From the NCBI GenBank assembly GCA_965219455.1, contig OZ244744.1:3104001-3168000 (forward strand): a stretch of 64,000 bases of DNA. The letters are read 5' to 3'. Origin of the DNA: Candidatus Latescibacterota bacterium (lineage in GTDB: Bacteria; Latescibacterota; UBA2968; GCA-2709665). The notes beneath the pieces are model-generated. The model saw only the letters and a list, made by a program, of their open reading frames with translations. It made no database searches and had not been told where the DNA came from. Position 1 is the stretch's first letter, and each line of letters starts with the position of its first letter. Positions 19,041 to 28,912 of the stretch are shown here, in pieces. The position numbers and the translations under genes are program-made.

Positions 19041-19085
19041 AATATAATCATTGCTCATTTGAAAGTCAATTGCTTTTTAGCAATT
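19041..19085 (-). promoter_or_regulatory. Sigma70-type promoter with overlapping palindromic operator
   Basis: TTGACT (19069-19064), 17 nt, TATATT (19046-19041). Perfect palindrome AATTGCT-N4-AGCAATT (19068-19085) plus an extra ATTGCT half-site at 19050. Confidence 0.75.
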
Positions 19086-19285
19086 TTTTCCGGTGATGAA
19101 AATCAGCCATGTAGATGTTCACTTACCATACCACGGCCTTGAGGGTTTGCAGCGCCCAACCTGACGGATCAACCCTACGTGTCAATTAAGTATTAGACGA
19201 CTTCCCGTGAGAGTTTGTTGTCGAATATTGGGCGTACTCCCATTTAGCCAGAATCCCGATCTCGGCCATCAGCGCGCGACCGCAC

Positions 19286-20164
19286 CTACCCCTTTGCTTC
19301 CATGAACGCCTCGTACAACGCCAGGGGCTGCGCCATCGATTCATCGATTTCGGTGACGGCGAACCTTACCTCCACGGTCCGTTCATCGCCAACGCGGAAA
19401 TCGTCCCCGAACAGCGAGAGGTAGAGGGGGTTCTGATCCCTGAACGGATCCTTCATGTTCTCACTCTCGTACCCGCTGATCACCGCGTAACAATCCTGGG
19501 GCCTGGACATCAGTACGCCCGCAATGCCCTTTTCCAGGTTCGCGCTCATGATCACCGGCAATTCAAAATACCGTTGCGGATTCCACTGGTAGAGGCCCCA
19601 GATTCGGTCCCATCGCCCGTCGGTGGACCGCCGGGCCGCGTGTTGATCCCTCGAGAATACCAGTCCCGTTCCCACAAATACGTCGTTCACTGCCGGCGCT
19701 ATCCATCGCGCCTGGTCTGCCGGGATATCGAACGGACTGCCCTGAACGTACACGTACGGCCGCAGCGACAGATCGAAATAGTTCGACAGGAACACTTCAT
19801 AAGCCGGGTACGGCCAGTTGGACGCCACGGTTATCGACAGATCCACCGCGTTCGGTTCCACAACTTCGTACCTGGCCGTCATCTCCGCCTTGTGATCGTC
19901 CGTTGGCGCCCAGTGCACGTCGATCGCATTGCCGTCGGATGTAATGGTGCGCTCGTTCTCACGAGCCTGCCCCATACAGTGATTCTGTGAAAACATGAAA
20001 AACAGATTCAGGAGGTCGTACTTCGGATGCACCACCTGCTCCCCGGTGGGCTTATGGGTCAACGCCTTGATCCCATGCCGGTCCCCGTCCGGCTGTATGT
20101 GTCCCGTCATCTCCTCAGTCTCAAAGTGCCACACGTCCCGTTCGGCATCGTGTCTCAACGCCAT
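19286..20164 (-). CDS. Hypothetical beta-rich protein
   Basis: 292-aa ORF, AGGAGG RBS, co-oriented with the cluster. No motif recognised. Confidence 0.7.
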   Translation of the reverse strand: MALRHDAERDVWHFETEEMTGHIQPDGDRHGIKALTHKPTGEQVVHPKYDLLNLFFMFSQNHCMGQARENERTITSDGNAIDVHWAPTDDHKAEMTARYEVVEPNAVDLSITVASNWPYPAYEVFLSNYFDLSLRPYVYVQGSPFDIPADQARWIAPAVNDVFVGTGLVFSRDQHAARRSTDGRWDRIWGLYQWNPQRYFELPVIMSANLEKGIAGVLMSRPQDCYAVISGYESENMKDPFRDQNPLYLSLFGDDFRVGDERTVEVRFAVTEIDESMAQPLALYEAFMEAKG

Positions 20165-20216
20165 CTCTCAGCCTCCTGTTTGGATGGGCAATCGCAATCT
20201 TCTTTCGTCCGCCGTC

Positions 20217-22751
20217 TCACCTGATTTCAAGACATCTCGAAAACCCATACGGATGCATCGGTAACAGCGCACCCGGCATCGGCGGTCTATCCTGGACAAT
20301 CGTCTGCCTGGCGGGCGCCTCGTATCCCGTGATCCAGGCTTTTACCGTCAGTTCTTCGAGGTCGTCGCCCGTAATATCCACCGTTACGGACGACCATCCG
20401 CTGTCGTGAATGGCGAAGAGATAGTCATCTCTTTCTCTGGGACCCACGGGAGGCAGAAACCTGGACGTGCCGTGGTCGCTGCGATCCTGCCGGTGGATGC
20501 GTTGGGTCACGTACGAGTAACGAGCGGGCACACCCCGGTACCGCGATCCGCCGGCGCGGACGTCCACGCTGTCCAGCACCTTCTCCGGCCCGGTCAGGAC
20601 AACCTGCAGTTCGGGGTGCTCGAACCGGTGGGAAACCGCAACGTACCATTGCATCCTGTGCATCCCGTCGTTCAGGTCGTCGCACGTTGCCTCGGCGGAG
20701 AGACCGGGAATCTGCATATCCGGATGCACCACCGGCCCCACGTCGTCCGTGAGTCGCCGGTCCCCTGGAAACCGGTATTCACACCCGCCATCGCATAGCC
20801 GCGCCATGAACGGCGCGCCGGGTATCGGAGAGACGTCCTCCTGCTTGTCGGCGAAGATCTTCAGCAGCCGTACTTCGTTCCCCAACACCGTCACCGACCC
20901 TTCCAGGTCCTGCCAGAAAGGATAAACCTGTCGGATGGCGCCCGGCACATATCCCAACCCGTAATCCACGCGAAGGTCCACAGCCTGCGGCTCGACGGAC
21001 GGATTTCGCAGCATGAGCCACGCGCTTCCGTCCGACGGATGCAGGAAACCATAGACTTCGCCGAAGGCCGGACTCCCCAGCACCATTTGCGTTCCCTTCG
21101 TGCCCAGTTGGTCCGCGTTGAACCGCATCCAGTCCATCATTGACTGAAGCTGTTCCGCGCGATCGGCCCTCAAACTTTCGGGATTTATCGGCATCGGCAT
21201 ATAGGTGGTGCCACGGCAGGCCGCCAACACGAGGTTGTCCAGCCACGTATGGTCCGGGTCTGCAAACGCGTTGGTCAATGCCTGCACGAATTCGTGATTG
21301 TCGTACGCGTCGAAAAAGATGGGCGTTTCCGCCCGGCGCATGATCTGATAGTAAACCGCGTCCCGATGCGTCAGGGCCCGGTCGCGCTGGGTGCGAGACG
21401 GCCACGACGCATACTCACAATCTCCCGAATGCACCAGCCACGTGTGGTTCGCCAGGCACAACCACCACGGGCTCGGCCACCACCCGTTCCGTGTCACCAG
21501 GTCCGGATTGATCGCCCGCAGCCGGCGGTCGATCCGATTGAACGCGTTTACCGAAGCCTCACGCATGTGCTCGGGTGTGGGGAAACGGTCCCGGAAATCG
21601 GGATGGGTGGCGCACTCGTTGTCCCAATCGATTTTCAAGTGCACGGCTCCCACGTCTCTCACCAGCCGCTCCCAGCGCTGAGCCAGGGCCTCTTCGAAGG
21701 ACGGCTGCGCCATGACCACGAACGTTCCGCTTCCATAGGAGCCGGGACCCTCGCCGACCCGCCATCCCTGTTCCTGGATCCAATCGGTGTCAAAACCCAC
21801 GGGGCCGTTGTGGGTCACCCACAATGCCAGCGAGAACCCCTTTTGTTTCAGGTCTTCGGAAAACGCGATAAGCCGTGAGTCATTCTCGTCGTCTCCCTTA
21901 TGCCGGTAGATGGACTTCCGGTCGAACCACCCCGCGTCAAACGCCAGGGAATCCGGCTTCAGGCCTAGGTCCGATACCGCCTCTGCATAGGCCTGATTCA
22001 TCTCGAACGAGTCGATATACTCCCGGTTTCCGAGATACCGCACGGACCATCCGACGGAAAGATGGAAAATAGGCTTTGAAAGCCGGGGCAGGCGGATCTG
22101 CCACAGATAGTCCATAAACGCGTCTCGCACGGTCTCGTGACTTTCTGCCGCGCCGTAGACCGCCGTGTAGCTCTCGATGCGTCGCTCTTTGTCCCATACA
22201 GGGTGGTGGATGAGTTCCAGCCTTTCTCCGGGAACGGCAAACCCCACCGGATGCTCCAGACCGGCGAACCAGTCACCGGCCCAGACCGGATACCCGCACC
22301 CCGGTACCGGGGGGGCGTACGAGTCGAGCCCGGTCTGTTCTTCTGCGTCGGGCCCGCCGCGGACGCCGTATCCGACCCGCCGAATCGGCCGCGGAGGTTG
22401 GTCCTGTAGGTCCACCCAGAGCCGGTCCGGCGTCGGCGCGCTTGGACTGTCCGGCGCCTGAAGCTTCAATTGCTTCCTGAACCAGGGATTGTCTCCATCG
22501 ATCCAGTACCGCACCCGGACCCGAATGCCGGTCGCTTCGTGCCGATAGTCGAACCCCACCTCATCCGTACCGGACTGCATACCGGTCCGGATAAAGCGGT
22601 CGGCAGGAATCTCCACGTCTCCCAGACGGATCATGAATGCCGGAAAGTCAAACGAGCGGCGCGTGCCCGAAAGCCGATTCTCCACCTGCAGATCCCCACC
22701 CTCCCATTTCAGACAAAGGGCGCTGTTTTGTAGCATGCACTGATCGGTCAC
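20217..22751 (-). CDS. Glycoside hydrolase-like protein (GH27/31/36 clan-like TIM barrel)
   Basis: GAGGAGG RBS; FDAGWF, LALW and HLKIDWD motifs typical of clan GH-D. Confidence 0.55.
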   Translation of the reverse strand: MTDQCMLQNSALCLKWEGGDLQVENRLSGTRRSFDFPAFMIRLGDVEIPADRFIRTGMQSGTDEVGFDYRHEATGIRVRVRYWIDGDNPWFRKQLKLQAPDSPSAPTPDRLWVDLQDQPPRPIRRVGYGVRGGPDAEEQTGLDSYAPPVPGCGYPVWAGDWFAGLEHPVGFAVPGERLELIHHPVWDKERRIESYTAVYGAAESHETVRDAFMDYLWQIRLPRLSKPIFHLSVGWSVRYLGNREYIDSFEMNQAYAEAVSDLGLKPDSLAFDAGWFDRKSIYRHKGDDENDSRLIAFSEDLKQKGFSLALWVTHNGPVGFDTDWIQEQGWRVGEGPGSYGSGTFVVMAQPSFEEALAQRWERLVRDVGAVHLKIDWDNECATHPDFRDRFPTPEHMREASVNAFNRIDRRLRAINPDLVTRNGWWPSPWWLCLANHTWLVHSGDCEYASWPSRTQRDRALTHRDAVYYQIMRRAETPIFFDAYDNHEFVQALTNAFADPDHTWLDNLVLAACRGTTYMPMPINPESLRADRAEQLQSMMDWMRFNADQLGTKGTQMVLGSPAFGEVYGFLHPSDGSAWLMLRNPSVEPQAVDLRVDYGLGYVPGAIRQVYPFWQDLEGSVTVLGNEVRLLKIFADKQEDVSPIPGAPFMARLCDGGCEYRFPGDRRLTDDVGPVVHPDMQIPGLSAEATCDDLNDGMHRMQWYVAVSHRFEHPELQVVLTGPEKVLDSVDVRAGGSRYRGVPARYSYVTQRIHRQDRSDHGTSRFLPPVGPRERDDYLFAIHDSGWSSVTVDITGDDLEELTVKAWITGYEAPARQTIVQDRPPMPGALLPMHPYGFSRCLEIR

Positions 22752-22834
22752 GGAAATGCCTCCTCAATATGTCTATCAACGGGGAACCCTGTGGTCCCTG
22801 GGCCCCCTGAGCAACGCAGGCAGCGTGCATTTTA

Positions 22835-22975
22835 AGAAGCTCAATGACGGCGTTTCGACAAGCTCAACGAACGTCATTGAGCCCGCATCCTGAACTGTGG
22901 CACCTATACCGTCCCGTGAGCCGCTCCCTGAGCTTTTACCCTGAGCCTGTCGAAAGGGGTGTCGAAGGGTCGGCG
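22835..22975. repeat. REP-like palindromes (TTCGACAAGCTCA / CCTGAGCCTGTCGAA family)
   Basis: GCTCAATGACG...CGTCATTGAGC hairpin and nested CCCTGAGC...GTCGAAGGG motifs. Confidence 0.65.
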
Positions 22976-23011
22976 AAGGACTTTCTAAGGGCAACGAACG
23001 GTTGCAGTCAT

Positions 23012-25429
23012 TCACTTTCCGAGTCGTATGGTCTGCCCGGCGTCGACCGCCCGCTCCTCGCCCTCATCTTCACCGCTTGCGAATTCGACCATCAGGTTAT
23101 CCGTATCGTTATTCGTTAAATAGATTGCGCCATCGGGCACGGCATCCACCCGTATGTCGCCCTTTACGCGCAGCGTATGCGATACTCCAAGCATGCAGGC
23201 GCTCTCACTGTTGAGCGGCACGTCATATCGTACAGTGTCTCCAGTCGCATCCACCGCGGCGCCGGCATAAACGTGGATTTCCTCCCGGCGGGTATGCGTA
23301 AACTGACACACCCTGCGCTCGGTGTCGAAATTGGCTGCAGCCAGGTAGCCGTCCGCAACCACGCAGGCGCTCTGTTCCGGTCCGGTCAGGACGTTGAGGC
23401 GACTTGAAGCCGTGTCGTCGTGGGCCTGCTCGGGAATCAGCAACGCCGCCAGGGATCCGCCTTCCTCACCCGCCCGCAACGCCCTTTCTTTCCCCTGACG
23501 CGAGAGCGTGAGATCATCCGCGATGGCGCGATACGGTTTGTAATAGTGCCGATTGAGATAAACCGCGTCGCCCGTTCCCGAAAATACAATGCCCAGCCGG
23601 TCGTCAATATTCAGCCAATCGGGCTTGACGATGCGATCCTCGATATCGTCCTCCTCGCGATCGCCGAGCCAGCCTCTGTAGTCGGTTGACCCGTCGGGGC
23701 GATACAGTGTGCGGACCCCTCTGCAGTTCGGCTTGAGTAACGGGAAATGTTCATTGGTGATCCGCAGGAACCCCTGGTCGAGCGATTCCACCGTCAGATC
23801 TTCCATGGCGGTGAACCGCTCGAAGGACAGTGCCCGTCCATCCGGCAGACTGGCGAACAAAACCTGCTGCCGCAGTGACTCCTGGCACCGGTCCATGACC
23901 ATCGCGGCGGCGAATCCGTCGTCATAGTCGGTCACCCGCACCCGCTTCAGTCGATGGCTGTCCGGCCGTCCCTTCACCACCGGCCTGCCCAGCCAGCTAT
24001 CCGAACAGGGCGCGATCGTATAGATTCCCTCTCTCGTGAGCGGCATCGCCATCACGGAATTCCGCCAGGAAAAGGAAGTCTGCCCTTTGGGATGCCGGTG
24101 ATGGACGAAACCCGCGTGCGGGTATTCCCGCACGCCTGCCAATCGCCGTTCCAGTTCATCTTCCGGGGTGGGTTTCGGGCCGGGACCGAACAAGCGGTGA
24201 AAAAGATACTGGTGCGCGATGGCGCCGATGGTGACTTCCCGCATAATCATCGGATCCTGCTGGTCGTGCGCCCTCATGGAGAATTCCCTGTCGTACATCC
24301 GACCCCCGTTTCCATCCTGCCGCAGTTCCGTGTTCCGGAGTCCTCTGCGCAGCAGCGCGGCGGCGTCCGGGTCGTCAAAAAATACAGCCGCCGCGGAATG
24401 CGGGGTCTCGCTTCCCGTGGACGGCAGATAGTGCCAGTCCATCCCCTGCACGGCCTGGGCATATCCGGACCCGTCGGTCATCGCCTTAAGGTTCTCATAC
24501 ACCCTGCGGCGGTTCCAGAACACCTCCGGCGGCAGTTCCCGTCCCCACAGCTTCAATTGTGCTCCCGCCGAGGTGAGCGGCCGAACGCCCGACGCGGTGT
24601 AGTTCGGATGCACCATCCCGTGGTTTTCCGCCCAGTAATCCGGCAGCGCCGTAAACGTCTTTCCTGCAAGCGCCCCCGCCGTGGCGCCGTTCAACTTTCC
24701 GCGGTCCTTCGCGTCCTGGGGCGCCGCACAGGTGGAATACATCCACCGCCTGCACGTGGCCTCCCACTGAGCCGCACTTTCGTGGCGTTCCAGAAACAGG
24801 AAGCACGACGTCAATCCGTTGGACGTCCAGGCATTCTCTTCCATCTGCGTGTCGACGTAGATCCCGCTCTTCGGCGCCATATCCCCGAACCTGCCGGCAT
24901 AGTCCGCGTGGACACGAGCCATCATCATCCAGGTTTCATCGTCCACCCGGTCCCGCAGCAACAGGCAGACGCGCCCCATGGCCGAGATCCCGTGGCCGCA
25001 CTGGCTTTCCTTGAAGAACCCCAGCCCTCGTTCCCCCCACTTGGTTCCGCAGATCTCCGGCCGGCCCATTCCCACGCTGGGCCGCACGCAATCCGCCGGC
25101 CCGGAGTCGTGTGTGAAACAAAGATAGCGCAATCCCATAATGGCCATGCGCTGAAGGTCGTCCCGGGATACGCCAACCCCTTTCTCATCGTACTCCGGCG
25201 AGACGCTGGCCAGGGCGAATGTCTCCACGGGCGGCGCCGTCTCGTTTCCGTACCAGTGGCACCCGCCGAAAAAATGCCCGCAATCCGGCCTGTCCGGCCA
25301 TTCCTGAAAATACTCGATGCCCACCGGAATCCATTTCTCGATCATCCGCAGGTAGCGGCGGCTCAATTCATTCTCCTCCGCCGGCAAGAACGGCGCCTTC
25401 AATTCCGTAGTGTCTGTCATCTGCGTCAT
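23012..25429 (-). CDS. Uncharacterised 805-aa protein, paralog of 30369-32783 (possibly polysaccharide-lyase-like)
   Basis: Long ORF sharing blocks CGHFFGG.HWYG, ESQCG, DTQMEENAWT and ENHGMVHP.YTASGV with the paralog. Confidence 0.7.
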   Translation of the reverse strand: MTQMTDTTELKAPFLPAEENELSRRYLRMIEKWIPVGIEYFQEWPDRPDCGHFFGGCHWYGNETAPPVETFALASVSPEYDEKGVGVSRDDLQRMAIMGLRYLCFTHDSGPADCVRPSVGMGRPEICGTKWGERGLGFFKESQCGHGISAMGRVCLLLRDRVDDETWMMMARVHADYAGRFGDMAPKSGIYVDTQMEENAWTSNGLTSCFLFLERHESAAQWEATCRRWMYSTCAAPQDAKDRGKLNGATAGALAGKTFTALPDYWAENHGMVHPNYTASGVRPLTSAGAQLKLWGRELPPEVFWNRRRVYENLKAMTDGSGYAQAVQGMDWHYLPSTGSETPHSAAAVFFDDPDAAALLRRGLRNTELRQDGNGGRMYDREFSMRAHDQQDPMIMREVTIGAIAHQYLFHRLFGPGPKPTPEDELERRLAGVREYPHAGFVHHRHPKGQTSFSWRNSVMAMPLTREGIYTIAPCSDSWLGRPVVKGRPDSHRLKRVRVTDYDDGFAAAMVMDRCQESLRQQVLFASLPDGRALSFERFTAMEDLTVESLDQGFLRITNEHFPLLKPNCRGVRTLYRPDGSTDYRGWLGDREEDDIEDRIVKPDWLNIDDRLGIVFSGTGDAVYLNRHYYKPYRAIADDLTLSRQGKERALRAGEEGGSLAALLIPEQAHDDTASSRLNVLTGPEQSACVVADGYLAAANFDTERRVCQFTHTRREEIHVYAGAAVDATGDTVRYDVPLNSESACMLGVSHTLRVKGDIRVDAVPDGAIYLTNNDTDNLMVEFASGEDEGEERAVDAGQTIRLGK

Positions 25430-25679
25430 ATCATGTTCTCCTGGTTCTGGTCGGAAAATAAGCTATCAGCGGTCACATCACCCGCCCAACCCAACCCGTG
25501 GCAAGACGGGAGACGGAAGAGGGTAGAAAAATCAAAGAGCGAAGAGCCGGTAGAGGGAAGAGGTCAGCTCAAACCGAAAATCAAAAGGCGGGACCTCTCC
25601 CCCCGACCCCCTTCCTCTTGCAGCTTTTTTGAACTGCGTTCCGGGACGTTCATTTAATTCGGAGCGGCAAAGAATCTTC

Positions 25680-26180
25680 CCACCCCCGAACGTCCCCTAT
25701 TCCCTTGCCCTTTTTCTTGCTTCGCCCAAGAAAAAGGGCGAAAAAGAAGGGCGCCGCTCGGCGCGGGGCCGGTTTTTCCGTGAACCACCTCAGGTGCACA
25801 AATGGGAATTTAGTGGCCTGCGAGCCTTACAGGAACGCCCGGCCTGTGGAGATGAACGGAATAACACGGAAAAACCCCCCACACCACCAGTTCCACGTGA
25901 AGTAAACCGGCAAGGCCCGCCGCCTGGTTTTGCGGTTTTGGCTAACAACAGAACACTGTTCGCTGTCTTTCCCTCTGTGTCTTCGTGTCTCCGTGTGAGC
26001 CGAATCTCGTCGTTGCCGGCGTCCGCTGGATATATAGGTTTTCCACCCCCTTTCCTTTAGGAGAGGGGGCCGGGGGGAGAGGTCACCGCGCTGACGTCAA
26101 TTGATTGGGTTTTTGATTCAAGCTGACGGCTAATGGCTGATAGCTGAAAGCTGTTTTTGCTGCTTCCGGTCGGCCGAATT
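25680..26180. repeat. Composite intergenic element, copy B
   Basis: 25692-25791 is identical over 100 bp to 36685-36784. Followed by the TGTCTCCGTGTGAGCC, TTTCCTTTAGGAGAGGGGG, GCGCTGACGTCAA and GCTGA heptad modules. Confidence 0.9.
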
Positions 26181-26188
26181 TCGGCAAT

Positions 26189-28912
26189 CTATTTCCGGGA
26201 CAGAACACGATGTCTTACGTCCATAATCTCAAATCGATTCTCTCCGTCCCAGGATCGTCGGGGGAAATAAACTTGCCGGCTCGTCCCGTCCGGACCCATT
26301 TCGAATCCGGGATCGTCCGCCAGCACCAGGATCGTCCGTCCTTCCCGTCTTACGACATCCGATAACCTGAGCCCAAGCGTAAACCCTGCCACGTCCTTAA
26401 CCACAACCGTCAATCCCCTCAGCCCCTCCCCTTCGGGAACGTTTCCGTCCACCACCAGACCGTCCAAATCGGCACCGTTTTCCTTCCGAAATACGCCCAG
26501 GATCTTACCCCTGATGATACCCTCTCCCGACAGGTGGACGTTTCCCTTTTGCAGCAGCCTCCCGCCCACCAGGGTCATCCTCTCCACGGCACCGTCGCGC
26601 TCACGCACAAACCCGATCCGGCCATCCAGCGCCATGTCTTCCACAACCATCCGTTTACCGTCCGGGTTACAGAACAGATAGTCCGTATAACCCTCTCCTG
26701 AAATTTTCAGCGCCAGGCCGTCGGAATCTGTGCCCAGCCGCGTCACCGAGCGGATAAAAGGTGCTTCGCCAATCGGCTCCAGCACATTCACGAATACACT
26801 GGAGAGATCCTTCCCCTCCCGCCGATGAATCAATGCCGGCATGGTGCAATCATCAAGTCTGCCTTCGCTCTCTTCCGCACGCCGAACGGACGGCATGCTC
26901 CCGAAGAGCAGTTCACCATCCAGCTCTGAGACCCCGTGGGTACGAATACGACCCTTCGGCTCGCCCTCGCTGGCGAAGACCACGTTCCACGGCGTGGAGA
27001 TTTCAGCCCGGCTCACGTCCCGCACGTAACCGTAGACGAAATTGTGTCCCTCCGCGTAACCCGGCACGGTCTCGCCGCTGGGAAACACGACCTCCACGTC
27101 GGGCGGCAGCAGTGTCTCACCATAGGTCGACCGATCCAGATCCGTCTCGATAGACCCATCGTTATTCGCATCTCCCACCAGCACGTAGTCGTGCCGCGTT
27201 CCCCCGTCAACGCGAAACACATCCACCACGTACGCATCCTGCGCCGAGACGCCGATCATCACGAGCAAACGTCTGTAATCCCTTACGACCCCGGGATACG
27301 CCCGATTGCCCTGTGCAGCCACCGCCTGAAACCAACTGTTTCCCGGCACAAACAGCAGCAAGTTGCCATCGGAAGGGTCGTTTTCATTGCCCCGCGCCTG
27401 GTCCTCGCCATTCACGACCACGGTGCTGTGTGATAGCGTACTCGACGCCCACTGCCGCTGGTGGGTCCAGGTATAGCCGATATCTGACAGACGCTCCTGC
27501 CCGTGTGAAAACAGGGAAATGCTCAACAAATCGGCATGGGCGTGTCCGTAAGCGCCCGAAAAATGCAGGTGCGCCTGCATCTGATACGCGCCGTTGCCCC
27601 GCCCCAGCCAGGCATGTCCGACGCCGGCCAGCAGATGTGGAGCGGTCTCCGTGGTTGGCGCCCTTTCCTGCCAGGCCCACGTATCGTGCACCGCGACAAG
27701 GCGCCCGTTCGGATATCGCAAGAGATCCGGAATCCGTCTGGCCCTTTCAAAAAACGGGAAGCTGTCCAGGAGATCCAGGTTGTCGTAACGCTCGCCGCTT
27801 TTAGGATTCGAGTAACCCTTTGGATCACTGTATCCCGTCAACAGGTCCATGACGGACACCAGGCCTTCCACCGTCTGATTATGATAGGAGACGGCCCCTT
27901 CCCGCCACATTCCATCCACGAAAAACTGCTTCCGGATCAGATCGCCAATCCATTGTACCGACTCGTGCACGTACGCGGGCTCACCCAGAACGCGTCCCGC
28001 CGAAATCAGCCCGCGCAAGATTGCCGGGTCCATATTGCTGAGTGTAATCGGATAGGACCGTACGAATCTGACACTGCCGTGAAACAGATCATCCTCGATC
28101 CGCCGTTGCATCTCATCGTCTATCTGGCCACTTTCCCGAACGAGATCGTAGGCGAAGATCAGGTTCGACGGGATATCCCCGTACGCCCAGTAATCCCACT
28201 TCGCCGCCAGATACGGAGACACCGGATAGGGAAACGTGTGGTCTCCCTCGAATACCACCTTGGTCCGGAAGGGCGCGTCGAACCGGGCGCAATACCCCGG
28301 ATAAACCTGAGCAAAGCGATCCAGAATCAGCGCAGCTCTGCGTGCGAATGCCGGATTCCCGGTCAGATAGTAAAGCTTTCCGAGTTGATGGGCCGCATCA
28401 GAAAAATACATCCGGGCGACGTACCATCCCTTCGCCCGGAAATAGTGCCGGTACTTCTTGTCGGGCTCGATATGAGAAAGCGGTCCCGGCAACTGCGCCG
28501 GCGGCGGGAACGGCGCCTCCCAGTACGGATACTCCTGGACCTCGCCACGCGGATTGGCCACCCGCATCACCCCGTTTTCCGGGTATAACTCGTTTGGAAA
28601 CCGCATGTTGCAGAACTGGCAGAAGACCCGGTCGGGTTCCTCGATCGACCACGACAGTTGATTCTCTTCCGCGCCACCCGCGCAATTCGGACAGTCCACA
28701 AACCGAAAACCGGACCGGTTCGGAATCAGTCGTACCAGTTCTTCTTCGGACAGCGCAATTACGGACGCCAGGTTTTCCTCAAGGCCCGCAACGTGACCCT
28801 GGTCGACCTGGGGCCGAAATACCGGTTCCGCGTTAAGCCGGTCCGGCATCAGAAACAGCAGAAACGCCAGAGTCAACACCACGCAGATCAATATCATTTC
28901 CCGCTCCATCAC
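26189..28912 (-). CDS. Secreted heparinase II/III-family protein
   Basis: Signal peptide, CPNC..CQFC, DGMWREG..SYH, GHAHADLLSI, DIGY, SHSTVVVNG..Q. Confidence 0.85.
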   Translation of the reverse strand: MMEREMILICVVLTLAFLLFLMPDRLNAEPVFRPQVDQGHVAGLEENLASVIALSEEELVRLIPNRSGFRFVDCPNCAGGAEENQLSWSIEEPDRVFCQFCNMRFPNELYPENGVMRVANPRGEVQEYPYWEAPFPPPAQLPGPLSHIEPDKKYRHYFRAKGWYVARMYFSDAAHQLGKLYYLTGNPAFARRAALILDRFAQVYPGYCARFDAPFRTKVVFEGDHTFPYPVSPYLAAKWDYWAYGDIPSNLIFAYDLVRESGQIDDEMQRRIEDDLFHGSVRFVRSYPITLSNMDPAILRGLISAGRVLGEPAYVHESVQWIGDLIRKQFFVDGMWREGAVSYHNQTVEGLVSVMDLLTGYSDPKGYSNPKSGERYDNLDLLDSFPFFERARRIPDLLRYPNGRLVAVHDTWAWQERAPTTETAPHLLAGVGHAWLGRGNGAYQMQAHLHFSGAYGHAHADLLSISLFSHGQERLSDIGYTWTHQRQWASSTLSHSTVVVNGEDQARGNENDPSDGNLLLFVPGNSWFQAVAAQGNRAYPGVVRDYRRLLVMIGVSAQDAYVVDVFRVDGGTRHDYVLVGDANNDGSIETDLDRSTYGETLLPPDVEVVFPSGETVPGYAEGHNFVYGYVRDVSRAEISTPWNVVFASEGEPKGRIRTHGVSELDGELLFGSMPSVRRAEESEGRLDDCTMPALIHRREGKDLSSVFVNVLEPIGEAPFIRSVTRLGTDSDGLALKISGEGYTDYLFCNPDGKRMVVEDMALDGRIGFVRERDGAVERMTLVGGRLLQKGNVHLSGEGIIRGKILGVFRKENGADLDGLVVDGNVPEGEGLRGLTVVVKDVAGFTLGLRLSDVVRREGRTILVLADDPGFEMGPDGTSRQVYFPRRSWDGENRFEIMDVRHRVLSRK

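Noticed and set aside
25629-26060. Small ORFs over the repeat blocks (also 36659-37808 and 59483-59951)
   Set aside because: They are translations of palindromic repeats with no RBS or protein-like composition.
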